Shown here one piece after another: positions 50,160 to 61,275 of a stretch of 64,000 bases of DNA. Position 1 is the stretch's first letter. Every line of letters starts with the position of its first letter. The notes beneath the pieces are model-generated. The model was given only the letters and a program-made list of their open reading frames with translations, had not been told where the DNA came from and did no database searches. Origin of the DNA: Candidatus Oxydemutatoraceae bacterium (GTDB lineage: Bacteria; Pseudomonadota; Gammaproteobacteria; Poriferisulfidales; Oxydemutatoraceae); NCBI GenBank assembly GCA_965218975.1, contig OZ244717.1:1184001-1248000 (forward strand), read 5' to 3'. The position numbers were made by a program, and so were the translations under genes.

Positions 50160-52277
50160 ATGAAAGTTATCCAAAAAGAGTTCCGGTACGGGGAACATAA
50201 AATTGTAATGGAAACCAGGCGTATCGCACGTCAGGCGGATGCGGCGGTGATGGTTACAATGGGCGGTACGGCGGTGTTAGTTAGCATTGTCGGGCGTAAA
50301 GTGGACGAAGGACAAGATTTCTTGCCTTTGACCGTTAATTATCAAGAGAGAACCTATGCCGCAGGAAAGATTCCCGGCGGGTTTTTTAAGCGTGAAAGCC
50401 GTCCGAGTGAGAAGGAAACTTTGGTTTCACGCTTAATTGATCGTCCGCTCAGACCGTTATTTCCCGAAGGTTTCTACAATGAAGTGCAGGTCATTGCGAC
50501 TGTGATGTCGTTAAATCCTGAAGTGGACCCCGATATTCCCGCTATGCTAGGCGCTTTTGCCGCAGTGGAAATTTCCGGGATTCCATTCAACGGTCCGGGG
50601 GCAGGAGCGCGTGTCGGGTTTGTTGAGGGCAATTATGTATTGAATCCTACCGTATCTCAATTAAAAAGTTCCGCGTTGGATTTAGTAGTTGCTGGCTCCA
50701 AGTCAGCCGTGCTAATGGTTGAATCCGAGGCAAATTTGTTGAGTGAAAATCAAATGCTAGGCGCAGTGGTTTACGGACATGAGCAAATGCAAACAGCAAT
50801 TCAGTCTATCAGTGAATTAGCGCAGGAGGCCGGTAAACCTAAATGGGAGTGGCAAGCTGCTCTGTCAAACGCAACGCTTAAGAACACTATTGCCGAAAAA
50901 TTTCAAAGCCTAATTGAAAGTGCTTATACGGTTGGTGATAAAGCGGAGCGCTACGAAAAGTTGGATGAGGTACGTAAACAAGCGGTGAGCGAATTTTCTA
51001 ATGAGGAAACAAGTGAGCACGAAATTAAGCAATATATAAAAGAGATTGAGAGAAAAATTGTACGCCACCGCATTATATCCGGTGAGGGTAGAATTGACGG
51101 GCGCGACACCCGATCGATTAGGCCGATCACTATTGACATCGGTGTTCTACCGCGCACCCATGGCAGTGCCTTATTTACCCGTGGTGAAACCCAAGCGTTA
51201 GTTGTGACAACACTTGGCACGGACCGGGATGCGCAAGTCGTCGACGCAATTGAAGGCGAAAGGCGTGAACGTTTTATGCTGCACTATAACTTTCCACCAT
51301 ACTGTGTCGGAGAGACCGGATTTCTTGGTTCTCCTAAACGGCGTGAAATTGGGCATGGCAAATTAGCGAAACGAGGATTACAAGCTGTAATGCCGGATCA
51401 AACCGAGTTTCCCTACGTGATTCGAGTCGTTTCCGAAATAACTGAGTCCAACGGGTCTAGTTCAATGGCGAGTATTTGCGGGACAAGTTTGTCTTTATTG
51501 GATGCAGGCGTGCCGATCAAAGCGTTGATTGCAGGGATTTCGATGGGTTTAATTCTTGAAAGTGATAAGTTTGCCGTATTGACCGATATTCTCGGTGATG
51601 AAGATCATTTAGGCGATATGGATTTCAAAATTGGCGGTACCCGTGACGGAGTGACCGCATTGCAGATGGACATCAAAGTCGATGGTGTAACTCCCGAGTT
51701 AATGGCGGTTGCGTTAGAACAGGCAAAAGAAGGCAGATTGCATATTCTCGATCAAATGGAGGCAGTGATACGACAACCGAATCCGTTATCCAAATATGCT
51801 CCGCGTTTATTGACGATGACAATCAATCCGGAACGTATCCGTGATGTAATCGGTAAAGGCGGGTCCATGATTCGTTCCATTACGGAAGAAACCGGAACAA
51901 CAATCGACATTGAAGACAGTGGTGTTATCACGATTGCTTCGGTCGATAAGGAAGCGGCTGATCGCGCATGCAAGCGAATTAAAGAGTTAACTGCAAAAGT
52001 TGAGGTCGGAAAAACTTATCTGGGTAAAGTTGCTAAGATTATGGATTTCGGTGCGTTTGTTACAATTTTGCCCGGGCGAGACGGTTTAGTGCATATCTCA
52101 CAAATTGCCAGTGACAAAACCCGGCGAGTCAATAAGGTGAGCGATGAACTCAATGAAGGGGACTCGGTCAATGTTAAAGTGCTTGAAATAGATAAACAAG
52201 GACGAGTTCGTTTAAGTATGCGAGATGTTGCCGGTCACACCGAAGTTGAGGATGCGGAATCTTTCGGTGACAGCTGA
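50160..52277 (+). CDS. pnp: Polyribonucleotide nucleotidyltransferase
   Basis: [34 protein letters not shown] and S1 domains. Confidence 0.97.
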   Translation: MKVIQKEFRYGEHKIVMETRRIARQADAAVMVTMGGTAVLVSIVGRKVDEGQDFLPLTVNYQERTYAAGKIPGGFFKRESRPSEKETLVSRLIDRPLRPLFPEGFYNEVQVIATVMSLNPEVDPDIPAMLGAFAAVEISGIPFNGPGAGARVGFVEGNYVLNPTVSQLKSSALDLVVAGSKSAVLMVESEANLLSENQMLGAVVYGHEQMQTAIQSISELAQEAGKPKWEWQAALSNATLKNTIAEKFQSLIESAYTVGDKAERYEKLDEVRKQAVSEFSNEETSEHEIKQYIKEIERKIVRHRIISGEGRIDGRDTRSIRPITIDIGVLPRTHGSALFTRGETQALVVTTLGTDRDAQVVDAIEGERRERFMLHYNFPPYCVGETGFLGSPKRREIGHGKLAKRGLQAVMPDQTEFPYVIRVVSEITESNGSSSMASICGTSLSLLDAGVPIKALIAGISMGLILESDKFAVLTDILGDEDHLGDMDFKIGGTRDGVTALQMDIKVDGVTPELMAVALEQAKEGRLHILDQMEAVIRQPNPLSKYAPRLLTMTINPERIRDVIGKGGSMIRSITEETGTTIDIEDSGVITIASVDKEAADRACKRIKELTAKVEVGKTYLGKVAKIMDFGAFVTILPGRDGLVHISQIASDKTRRVNKVSDELNEGDSVNVKVLEIDKQGRVRLSMRDVAGHTEVEDAESFGDS

Positions 52278-52335
52278 TTGTTCGCCGTCCGAATCGGCGC
52301 TCCTACGTTATTTCCCACTAAAATTCTCTGATTTC

Positions 52336-52740
52336 TTGATAAATAAAACCATCAGATCGAAAAAGCAGTGGCGTGAGCGGCTGACTGTTGAACAATTTCA
52401 TATTTGCCGCGAAGGTGGGACGGAAACGCCTTTCAGCGGTCAGTATTGCCATTATTCCACACCTGGTAAATACGTCTGTGTATGTTGCGGGGCATTGTTG
52501 TTTTCTTCCGCAGCAAAGTTTGATTCGGGAAGTGGTTGGCCAAGCTTTTATCAACCTTATGATTCTAAAGACTTAAGGGAAGAACAGGATTTTTCACATG
52601 GCGTGGTAAGAACGGAGGTGCGTTGCGGTCGCTGTGATGCACATTTAGGTCATGTTTTCCCCGATGGCCCTGCGCCGACCGGTTTACGTTATTGTATTAA
52701 TTCCGTCGCACTAAACCTTATTGAGAAGCCCGATTTTTAA
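52336..52740 (+). CDS. msrB: Peptide-methionine (R)-S-oxide reductase
   Basis: [23 protein letters not shown]; start uncertain. Confidence 0.92.
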   Translation: MINKTIRSKKQWRERLTVEQFHICREGGTETPFSGQYCHYSTPGKYVCVCCGALLFSSAAKFDSGSGWPSFYQPYDSKDLREEQDFSHGVVRTEVRCGRCDAHLGHVFPDGPAPTGLRYCINSVALNLIEKPDF

Positions 52741-53062
52741 AACCTCTTCGCTCTTTGCCCCCTCGGATCATTTAAGCAATCTTTTTTTTGCGACCGCCGG
52801 TCGGCAAATGGTTTGTGTACTGATGATGTGAAGCATAATGGGTTTATTATTCTCAGTAACTTATACAATAGTTTAAATCGTTGGGTTTGGTGCGAGAGCA
52901 AGGCACTTGCGCTTTTTAGTGAAAGAATTATTATATTAGGCAATGTTGGTTTGGTTGCTTCATTGGAATGGTAGCCACCATAGCTAAATTCATTGATCAA
53001 CAAATGAGTAAATGAGTTGTTGATTTTGATTAATGTCTTCTAACAAAAAAGGGAGTTGAGGG

Positions 53063-54205
53063 ATGGAAAAATTTCTAATCAACATACGTTATCTGATAGC
53101 GCCGCTATTTATTCTGATTGCGATGTATGGTGTATTCATTGGCGGCCCGTGGACATGGACGGGTTTGTTTCTGCTCGGGTTAGGTATATTTTTGGATACC
53201 ATAGCGATGCAAAGAACTCAAGGTGCAGGTTACGATGAGACCGGAGACACATATGGAGTGGTGCCGTTTCATAATGCGATAATGTATGCGATGCTTGGGA
53301 TATTTGTATTATTGCAAATCAATCTGGCATGGCGCATCTATGAATATACCGCAGGTGTTCCTTTAGGAGTCGGTGAAATGTTCGGCATCACGGTTTATCA
53401 AGGGATAACCGGCACTCAATTAGTCGGTGCGGTCATTTCGTCGGCAATTTTTGCCGGCATCGGCATTATCTACGGTCATGAGTTAGCTCACACCAAAGGG
53501 TTTAGTTTTGTGATTGCCCGTTGGATGATGGCGTTGAGCGGTTCGTCGCATTTTTGCTATGCGCATGTGTATAACCATCATTTGGAACTAGGTTGTGAAG
53601 ACGACCCGGCGACGGCGCCGCGCGGCAGAAGTTTGTATATGCACTTTCCGAAATCCTATTTTGGTCAATCGAAGTTTTTGTATGGGATGGAAGAGCAACG
53701 TCTGTCACGTTTAGGCGTTCCGTTTTTGTCGTGGCAAAACCGCTGGTTGCGCGGTTATGCGATGAGTTTACCGAGCATATTTTTGTTTTGGTTGGTAGGC
53801 GGCTGGGTCGGTATGGCTTGTCTGGCGGTAGTATGGATTGTATCCAACTTTGAGTTGGAAGCATTGAACTACCTGGAGCACTACGGATTGATTCGCGAGA
53901 AAGGTCAGCCGATAGACTATCGTCACTCATGGGACAACACGACGATGTTGACGAGTTGGTTTTTTATTGAGATCGGCAGACAAGCGGATCATCATGATCG
54001 AGGCGAGACGCATTTTTGGGAATTAGACGAGGTAGGGGCTCCAAACACGAAACGAGGCTACTTCACCTTATTTGCGGTGGCGTTATTTCCGCTGTTATTC
54101 CATCGTCTGATGAAGCAAGAATTGGCGAAATGGGATGAAGAGGAAGCCTCAGAAGGCGAACGTGCGATTGCCGAAGCAATCAATAAACAAGCCGGTTATG
54201 CCTGA
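53063..54205 (+). CDS. AlkB/XylM-type membrane di-iron monooxygenase
   Basis: HELAH, AHVYNHH, DPATA, NYLEHYG, RQADHH. Confidence 0.85.
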   Translation: MEKFLINIRYLIAPLFILIAMYGVFIGGPWTWTGLFLLGLGIFLDTIAMQRTQGAGYDETGDTYGVVPFHNAIMYAMLGIFVLLQINLAWRIYEYTAGVPLGVGEMFGITVYQGITGTQLVGAVISSAIFAGIGIIYGHELAHTKGFSFVIARWMMALSGSSHFCYAHVYNHHLELGCEDDPATAPRGRSLYMHFPKSYFGQSKFLYGMEEQRLSRLGVPFLSWQNRWLRGYAMSLPSIFLFWLVGGWVGMACLAVVWIVSNFELEALNYLEHYGLIREKGQPIDYRHSWDNTTMLTSWFFIEIGRQADHHDRGETHFWELDEVGAPNTKRGYFTLFAVALFPLLFHRLMKQELAKWDEEEASEGERAIAEAINKQAGYA

Positions 54206-54247
54206 TGGTAAATATAATGGTTAGATAGTAAACTAATATGGATAGAT

Positions 54248-54280
54248 GGGGGTTCAAATTTTATTGTGAACCCCCTTTTA
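54248..54280 (+). terminator. Intrinsic terminator-like hairpin after the monooxygenase
   Basis: GGGGGTTCA-loop-TGAACCCCC followed by TTTTA. Confidence 0.6.
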
Positions 54281-54307
54281 TAGAACTAAACTAAGGTAAA
54301 AAGTAAA

Positions 54308-54487
54308 ATGAGGGTTCAATGGGATGAAACAATTTGTATTCACTCTGGGAAATGTGTCGAATTACTGCCGACTGTATTTAAAGTTGAAGACGGGAAATTC
54401 GTCATAGATGAAAGTGGTGCAAGTGAAGAAGCAGTCCGTAAAACTGTTGCTCTATGCCCTTCCGGTGCCTTGAGCATTGAAGAATGA
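54308..54487 (+). CDS. 59-aa divergent 4Fe-4S mono-cluster (YjdI-like) ferredoxin (not in the ORF track)
   Basis: MRVQWDETICIHSGKCVELLPTVF...CPSGALSIEE*. Confidence 0.8.
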   Translation: MRVQWDETICIHSGKCVELLPTVFKVEDGKFVIDESGASEEAVRKTVALCPSGALSIEE

Positions 54488-54602
54488 AATAATTTCTTCA
54501 GACGAAAGAAAATTGATCCCCATCGCCACTCGAGTGCGGGATTAGCTGTTGTGTGCGGCGTGCGAGAGTGTACTTATGCCTGAAAAATAGGGAGGAACAT
54601 CC

Positions 54603-55253
54603 ATGATAGGCGATAAACTAAGAACCAAGATGCATATTTACGGTAATGCTAATTGCATTAATACCGCAAAATGCCTGCAAACTGCCGCGGAGAAAGGAGT
54701 CAATATTGAAACAGAAGTTATTGACTCTAATAACCTTGATGCGGAGGCTATGAGAGTTTCGCCCTTGAAATTATTTCCTGCATTAAAAGATATCGATTTT
54801 ACTGTTGCCGGGACACTTGGAGTGATGTCCTATCTTGACGACAAAGGCTTCGGCATGTCTTTGGTGCCGAGGAATGGAGTATTGCGCGCGCATATGTATG
54901 GATGGATTATGCTGGCGTTAGAACATCAAGATAAGATCATGCAGGGTGATGTTGCCGGACTTGCGCCGGTTCTGGATGTGCTGGATCAATGGATTGCGAA
55001 TGCTCCTAAAAAGGGGCATTTTATCTGCGGCGAATTTTGTTTGGCGGATATTCATTGGTCTTCGTGCATGAACATGCTTGAGATCAAAGGTCACAGTGAA
55101 GAGATTAGTTCAAGATCAAACTTGAAGGTATGGTACGAGAGAGTGAAAGAACATCCAAGTACGAGCAAAGAAAAGATCATTCCGTTTATGGCTATTCCCA
55201 CTGCGGACGATATCCAAAATAATCAGTTAAGGGATATTTCTATTACCGTCTGA
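54603..55253 (+). CDS. Glutathione S-transferase-family protein
   Basis: SPLKLFPALKD, YLDDK, FICGEFCLADI; GGAGG RBS. Confidence 0.8.
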   Translation: MIGDKLRTKMHIYGNANCINTAKCLQTAAEKGVNIETEVIDSNNLDAEAMRVSPLKLFPALKDIDFTVAGTLGVMSYLDDKGFGMSLVPRNGVLRAHMYGWIMLALEHQDKIMQGDVAGLAPVLDVLDQWIANAPKKGHFICGEFCLADIHWSSCMNMLEIKGHSEEISSRSNLKVWYERVKEHPSTSKEKIIPFMAIPTADDIQNNQLRDISITV

Positions 55254-55371
55254 TAGCCAATCCGGCGGATTTGTCTGAGTTCTGCACTCCGGGAGGGGGG
55301 GCTTAAAGAGTATAATGCCAAGCGTTGCCTGGGCTTCCTTGGGTATGGTAATTAGCTTAGGGTACTGGAGA

Positions 55372-56439
55372 ATGTTTGGGTTTTTTAAGAAGAGAGATTG
55401 GCAGGCAAGGATTAATTCCGAAAAAGAAATTACAGTCAAAGCAAAGAGTAACCTGCTTGCTGCCGGTCTTGATGCGGGATTGGATTGGCCGCATGACTGC
55501 AGAGTAGGAAGTTGCGGAACCTGCCGGTGCCGTTTGAAAAGCGGAAAAATCAAAGCGTTACAAGATTTCGGCTATGTGCTTACTCCGGATGAATTGGCGG
55601 CAGGCATGATCCTTGCATGCCAGACCGCACTGAAAAGCGATGTTGAAGTAGAAGTTGAGCTGGGAGAAGGTGACAAAGCAAATATTGTCGAATTAAAAGG
55701 TGTTTTGTCCTCTATCAAAAAATTAACGCATGACATTGTTGAAATAACTGTTACTTGCGATGAACCATTACCGGAGAAAACATTGGCAGGCCAATATATG
55801 GAGATTTCCTATGAAGGTCTGAGTGCGCCGCGCAATTATTCTTTTGCTAGAGCGCCTAAGGAAGGGGATAAAGAAACAATTTTTTATGTTCGCCATGTGC
55901 CTGGCGGAGAGTTTACTGATTGGCTCTTTGGTGCCGACCGTTCGCAAACACCGGTGGTCATCGTTGGTCCTTATGGCAATTTTTGGTTACGCGATACAGA
56001 TATGCCGATGGTTTGTATTGCCGGAGGCAGTGGAATGAGTGCGTTAAAAGCGGTGTTGGAACATGCTTGCCGCATAAGAGTGGGACGGGATGCATTGTAT
56101 TTGTTTGGCGCACGCGAAGAAAGAGATTTGTATTGCTTGAAAGAAATTGAACAAATCGGCAGGCAATGGAATGAAAATCACCGTTTTGAATTTGTTCCGG
56201 TGTTGTCCGCAGAACTGGAGAATAGTGCATGGAGCGGCGCACGCGGTTATGTGACCGATTATCTTCAAGAGAATTATATTGCCTCAGGCAAATTAGATGT
56301 TAAGCAGTGCGAGGCATATATGTGCGGACCGCCACCGATGATAGATGCCAGTATTCAATTATTGACTGAAGCAGGGCTTTTAGAAAATATATTTTATGAT
56401 AAATTTTTGGATGCCAGTTCAATGCCCGGCGGACGTTAA
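55372..56439 (+). CDS. 2Fe-2S/FAD/NAD(P)H monooxygenase reductase (XylA-like)
   Basis: CRVGSCGTC...LACQ, RNYS, AGGSG, YMCGPPPM. Confidence 0.9.
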   Translation: MFGFFKKRDWQARINSEKEITVKAKSNLLAAGLDAGLDWPHDCRVGSCGTCRCRLKSGKIKALQDFGYVLTPDELAAGMILACQTALKSDVEVEVELGEGDKANIVELKGVLSSIKKLTHDIVEITVTCDEPLPEKTLAGQYMEISYEGLSAPRNYSFARAPKEGDKETIFYVRHVPGGEFTDWLFGADRSQTPVVIVGPYGNFWLRDTDMPMVCIAGGSGMSALKAVLEHACRIRVGRDALYLFGAREERDLYCLKEIEQIGRQWNENHRFEFVPVLSAELENSAWSGARGYVTDYLQENYIASGKLDVKQCEAYMCGPPPMIDASIQLLTEAGLLENIFYDKFLDASSMPGGR

Positions 56440-56475
56440 GCCTAACGTAACTTTATTGATTAATAGGAGAAAAAT

Positions 56476-56694
56476 ATGAGGTCATTTGTCGCGTTTCTTG
56501 CGATGGTAGCATGGTCTGCGGCAGTTGCCGCTATCATGTATCAGATCGGTTTTCAGAGCCATGTTCACGATTTATGGTGGAGCCTCGGTGCTACCCTCGT
56601 GTTGTTTATTGGTTTGATCGGTAATGTGTGGATTTTCTTTTTTATTGCTAAGGAAACTCCTTGGACTTGGTTTAAATCGGAAAATAAGCCGTAG
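56476..56694 (+). CDS. Small 2-TM hypothetical protein
   Basis: 72 aa; AGGAG RBS; two hydrophobic helices. Confidence 0.7.
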   Translation: MRSFVAFLAMVAWSAAVAAIMYQIGFQSHVHDLWWSLGATLVLFIGLIGNVWIFFFIAKETPWTWFKSENKP

Positions 56695-56747
56695 TTAACG
56701 CTACTTTTAAGCCGATGACGGTCCGCGTGCCGTGGATCGGCCATACG

Positions 56748-57395
56748 TTAGCTGCTTCCGATTTGTTTTTCTTGGTACTCCTGCAAAGTTTTACAGTCAA
56801 TACACATTGATGCTGTCGGACGTGCTTTGAGCCGTTCATAACCGATTTCCGCACCACAAAAATTACAGTACCCGTAATCCTTTTTATCTATATACTTTAA
56901 CGAACGGTCAATCTTTTTGATTAGCTTCCTGCCACGGTCGCGCGCCCTTAATTCAAGGCTGAATTCTTCTTCCTGTGTTGCTCGGTCCGTCGGATCGGCA
57001 AAGTTCATAGCGTCCGCTTTCATGTGATCCATTGTTCGATCAACTTCACGCATCAGTTCTTCTTTCCACTGCATTAAAAGAGAACGGAAATAATCCAACT
57101 GTTCGTTGTTCATGTACTGATTATTTTTAGATTTAATTTTTTTAATGGCGGTTTTTTTCGAATTTATCACCATTCGTGCGCCGGAACTTTTTTTTGCCGC
57201 GGTTTTTCGCTCCTTCGACTTCGTAGTTTCTTTGCGTGTGATTACTTTTTTTGCAGGTTTGATTTTTTTAACCGCGCGTTTCTTTACAGTTTTTTTAATA
57301 GCAACTTTTGTTCTCGTCGTATTCTTTACATCTTTCCTTTTAGATATCGTCCGCTTGCGAGCCGGATTCTTTCTTGTCTTCTTTTTAATTGCCAT
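56748..57395 (-). CDS. dksA: RNA polymerase-binding protein DksA with Lys/Arg-rich N-terminal extension
   Basis: ADPTDRATQEEE, CNFC...CIDC zinc finger. Confidence 0.93.
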   Translation of the reverse strand: MAIKKKTRKNPARKRTISKRKDVKNTTRTKVAIKKTVKKRAVKKIKPAKKVITRKETTKSKERKTAAKKSSGARMVINSKKTAIKKIKSKNNQYMNNEQLDYFRSLLMQWKEELMREVDRTMDHMKADAMNFADPTDRATQEEEFSLELRARDRGRKLIKKIDRSLKYIDKKDYGYCNFCGAEIGYERLKARPTASMCIDCKTLQEYQEKQIGSS

Positions 57396-57450
57396 GTTAG
57401 AGCTCCATATATAATGTGAAGTGCGTTTGTATCAATTTATCTCGTGAAAT

Positions 57451-58806
57451 TCAAGTGTTTTTTTTTCGCTCGGTAATATTTCGCACTATCGCCATAATCA
57501 TTCCTTTTTCAACCTGAACTCGAATGGAAGCGCCTGCGTTTATCTGACGCACAGTTCTGATGACCTTTCCATTATCATCGGTGGTGATGGAGTATCCTCG
57601 TTTGAGGGTGGCATAAGGGCTAATAGTGTCTAGTTTGATTTTTTTGCGCTCCAATATATGGACATATCGCATCAGTCGGTTGTGTATAGCAGTATGTAAG
57701 CGTCGGCTTTTTCTCTCGGTATCGAATTGAAGATTTTTGATATTCATCAAAGGAATACAGCACTCATATTTTTGTAATAGTTTGAGCAAGTTGATTTTTC
57801 GAGTATTACAATAATTACGCATTTCGGCAATTAGCTTCCCGGATACTTCGTCAAGACGTTGCATCCTGTGCAAGATTCGCGTCTGCGGATGAAATTGCGC
57901 AAACTGAGCTTTGTATAGCATCATTTTACTGTGATGCGTATGAAGCTGCCGGGTCATATTACGTGTCAGATGTCGTTGTAATGTACCGAATCGGTGCATT
58001 AAAAAGATGCCGTCGGGGTACACATGGACCGCCGCAGCTGTTGGGGTAGGTGTACGCAGATCTGCGGCAAAATCGGTGAGCGTGAAGTCAATATCATGAC
58101 CAATGCCGCTTACTGTCGGAATTTCGGAGTTCGCGATCGAGCGTACGACACGTTCGTCATTAAACACTTGCAAATCTTCAAAGCTTCCGCCGCCTCTTGC
58201 GACGATCAAGACGTCAACTTCTTTGCGCTGATTGATGATACGCAAAGTGTCACAGATAGTGGCGGTCGCGGCTTGTCCTTGCACCGGAGTTGCGTAAATG
58301 ATCGTTTTGCACGGACTAGAACGTTGATGATATATTTTCAAGATATCCGCTAATGCAGCGCTTTTTGCTGCAGTAATGACACCAACGCTTTTAGGAAAAG
58401 CGGGAATCGGGCGTTTGCGTTCGGAATCAAAAAGCCCCTCTTTTGCCAACCTTTTTTTGAGTGCCTCAAACTGCTTTTTCAAATCACCGGTGCCGGACAT
58501 TTCAAGCAAATCAATAATGATCTGGAATTCTCCACGTGCCGCATATAAATCGACTCGTGCGTGCACTAACACTAGCATTCCATTCGACAGATCAAAACTC
58601 AACATGCGGTTCTGGGAGCGGAACATCGCACAGCCGACTTGGGCTTGATCATCTTTGAGTGAAAAGTAGATATGGCCGGAGGGAGGCTTTGCCAAGTTGG
58701 AAACTTCGCCTTGAATCCATAACGGCTTGAAGCGATTGAGTAAAGTTTGTTTGACTTCTCGGTTCAGACGCGATACTGAGAATATATCTCGTTGTTCTGT
58801 TGACAT
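57451..58806 (-). CDS. xseA: Exodeoxyribonuclease VII large subunit
   Basis: SGHIYFSLKD, ARGGGS, SGIGHDIDFT, TPTAAA. Confidence 0.95.
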   Translation of the reverse strand: MSTEQRDIFSVSRLNREVKQTLLNRFKPLWIQGEVSNLAKPPSGHIYFSLKDDQAQVGCAMFRSQNRMLSFDLSNGMLVLVHARVDLYAARGEFQIIIDLLEMSGTGDLKKQFEALKKRLAKEGLFDSERKRPIPAFPKSVGVITAAKSAALADILKIYHQRSSPCKTIIYATPVQGQAATATICDTLRIINQRKEVDVLIVARGGGSFEDLQVFNDERVVRSIANSEIPTVSGIGHDIDFTLTDFAADLRTPTPTAAAVHVYPDGIFLMHRFGTLQRHLTRNMTRQLHTHHSKMMLYKAQFAQFHPQTRILHRMQRLDEVSGKLIAEMRNYCNTRKINLLKLLQKYECCIPLMNIKNLQFDTERKSRRLHTAIHNRLMRYVHILERKKIKLDTISPYATLKRGYSITTDDNGKVIRTVRQINAGASIRVQVEKGMIMAIVRNITERKKNT

Positions 58807-58830
58807 ACTATCTTTCTTAAGATTCACTTA

Positions 58831-59752
58831 TGTATAGTACCAGATACATATGGGACTCACGGCTTAACTCGAAAAGGTGGCCGATATGCAATATCAGCAC
58901 ATCGGCCACCGCATCAAAGGTTTCTATATGAGCCAATTTTGCTTCAAAAATAGAGGCTCATGAACACAACGGCTCAACAGAAACACGATGCCCTGTTATT
59001 TTGGGAGGATTGTAACCCCAAACGCATTTAAGGTCAGTCGCCGTACCTTGTATTGGTGGCGACAGACCTTGAGGGAAGCCGGACACAACGTAGCGGCAAA
59101 GCGCCGCGCAAGAGACGTCGGCGGACCTGGCCGCAACCCGGCAAAGTGCCTGTCGTCCATGACGAGACTTGGTTCTGTCAATGAGCGCCAGCCCCGACGT
59201 CCTTGTCGGGTCGTTCGCCGCTGAAAACCGATCGGTTTTCCGGGCGCGTCTCACCCTGACGAACGGCGGTAGAGTGTCCAAAAATGAACGCGCACATCGA
59301 GCGCTTCAACCGCACCGTCCAAGAAGATTGTATTGATCATGCGGACGACCTGCTATTCGCCGATACGGAAGCATTCAATGACCGGTTATGAAACCGTTTT
59401 GTGTTTGTTGCCGGATTGTGCCGGATTGTCGGCAAAGTGCCTGTCACCCATGACGAGACTTGGTTCTATCAACAAGCCCCAGCCCCGACGTCCTTGTCGG
59501 GTCGTTCACCGCTGAAAACCAATTGGTTTTCCGGGCGCGTCTCACCCATGATGAGACTTGGTTCTGTCAATGAGCGCCAGCCTCGACGTCCTTGTCGGGT
59601 CGTTCGTCGCTGAAAACCGATCGATTTTCCGGGCGCGTCTCACTCTGCACCGCCCTCATGCCGGCAACGGACAGAAAGCACCGATCCGAATGTTACTGCC
59701 GAACGCTTCCCCCGAAGCCCTTCAAAAATCCCATTTAGGGTGGCATCGTACA
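58831..59752 (+). mobile_element. Internally deleted ISa with both ends, 3 R copies and a 5-bp target duplication (locus H)
   Basis: TGTATAGTACCAGATACAT ... GGCATCGTACA; ACTTA at 58826-58830 and 59753-59757. Confidence 0.9.
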
Positions 59753-59811
59753 ACTTATGGCGGTTTGGTCCTATATTATGCTATACTGCCGTGACACACA
59801 GTTGAAAAATC

Positions 59812-61272
59812 ATGGAAAAACTGCGGGAAGCGCTCACTTTTGATGATGTCCTAATCGTCCCTGCCTATTCTGAAGTTTTGCCGGCGAATGTTGATCTAAA
59901 GACGAATTTTACCCGTGAAATTGCACTGAATGCACCACTAGCATCGTCCGCAATGGATACGGTGACTGAATTTAATCTTGCGATTGCGCTTGCTCAGGAA
60001 GGCGGTATCGGAGTGATTCATAAGAATATGCCGATAGAGGAACAAGCCGGGCAAGTGCGTCGCGTCAAGAAATATGAAAGCGGTGTTATAGCAGATCCGA
60101 TTACCGTTACCCCGAGCACATCTATCAAAGAAGTAATTAGTCTGACTAAAAAGCACAAGATATCCGGTGTGCCGGTGGTTGATAAGCAAGGATTGGTGGG
60201 GATTGTGACGCATCGTGATTTGCGGTTTGAAACGCGTTTTGACGAAAAAGTATCCGCGGTAATGACTCCGAAAGAGAGACTCGTCACAGTACAAGAAGGT
60301 GCGAGCAAAGACGAAGTGCAGTGGTTATTGCATCGACATCGCATTGAGAAGGTTTTGGTTGTCAATGATACGTTTGAGTTACGCGGCATGATCACGGTGA
60401 AAGACTTTCAGAAGTCTAGCGATTATCCTGATGCGAGTAAGGATACGTTGGGTCGCTTGCGTGTCGGAGCGGCCGTTGGGATTGGTGACAAAGAATTGGA
60501 GCGTATCTCTGCGTTAGTTGACAGCCAAGTTGATGTGGTAGTGATTGATACGGCGCACGGGCATTCAAAAGCAGTGATGGATATGATTCGGGTAACAAAA
60601 AAGCGCTATCCGGATTTGCAAGTGATAGCGGGCAATGTGGTTTCCGGTGAAGCGGCAATTGCGTTGGCAGAGTGTGGCGTTGATGCGATCAAAGTCGGTA
60701 TTGGCCCCGGTTCAATTTGTACGACACGTATCATTTCGGGTGTTGGTGTACCGCAAATTACCGCGATTAACCATGTTGCTAAAGCGCTGGATAAGATAGG
60801 TATTCCGATTATTGCGGACGGCGGCGTGCGTTTCTCCGGCGACATTGCCAAAGCGATCGCTGCAGGTGCGCATGTGGCAATGATCGGAAGTTTGTTTGCC
60901 GGAACCGCTGAAGCGCCCGGCGAAGTTGAACTTTATCAAGGGCGAGCATACAAGTCGTATCGTGGTATGGGAACATCCGCCGCAATGCAAAAAGGTGCGA
61001 ACGATCGCTATTTCCAACAAGGCGTCAACGAAGGGAAATTTGTTCCTGAAGGAATTGAGGGGCGTGTTCCGTACCGTGGCAGTGTGGTGGATGTGGTGTT
61101 TCAATTGCTTGGCGGTGTTCGGGCGAGCATGGGTTACACCGGCTGCAGAACGCTTGACGAGATGCGTGCCAAGTCGGTATTTATTCGAGTAACTCAAGCG
61201 GGGATGAAAGAAAGCCATGCGCATAATATTTCCATCACCAAAGAAGCGCCTAACTATCAAACTGATGATTGA
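59812..61272 (+). CDS. guaB: IMP dehydrogenase
   Basis: [23 protein letters not shown] pair. Confidence 0.97.
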   Translation: MEKLREALTFDDVLIVPAYSEVLPANVDLKTNFTREIALNAPLASSAMDTVTEFNLAIALAQEGGIGVIHKNMPIEEQAGQVRRVKKYESGVIADPITVTPSTSIKEVISLTKKHKISGVPVVDKQGLVGIVTHRDLRFETRFDEKVSAVMTPKERLVTVQEGASKDEVQWLLHRHRIEKVLVVNDTFELRGMITVKDFQKSSDYPDASKDTLGRLRVGAAVGIGDKELERISALVDSQVDVVVIDTAHGHSKAVMDMIRVTKKRYPDLQVIAGNVVSGEAAIALAECGVDAIKVGIGPGSICTTRIISGVGVPQITAINHVAKALDKIGIPIIADGGVRFSGDIAKAIAAGAHVAMIGSLFAGTAEAPGEVELYQGRAYKSYRGMGTSAAMQKGANDRYFQQGVNEGKFVPEGIEGRVPYRGSVVDVVFQLLGGVRASMGYTGCRTLDEMRAKSVFIRVTQAGMKESHAHNISITKEAPNYQTDD

Positions 61273-61275
61273 TAT

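Noticed and set aside
53020-53033. FNR-like box TTGAT-N4-ATTAA upstream of the monooxygenase
   Set aside because: One mismatch in very AT-rich DNA and only ~30 bp from the ATG; chance is plausible.
60018-61260. Long antisense ORFs over guaB (similar ones over mgdC, fhs, cox, pnp)
   Set aside because: Shadow frames of conserved genes with no independent coding evidence.
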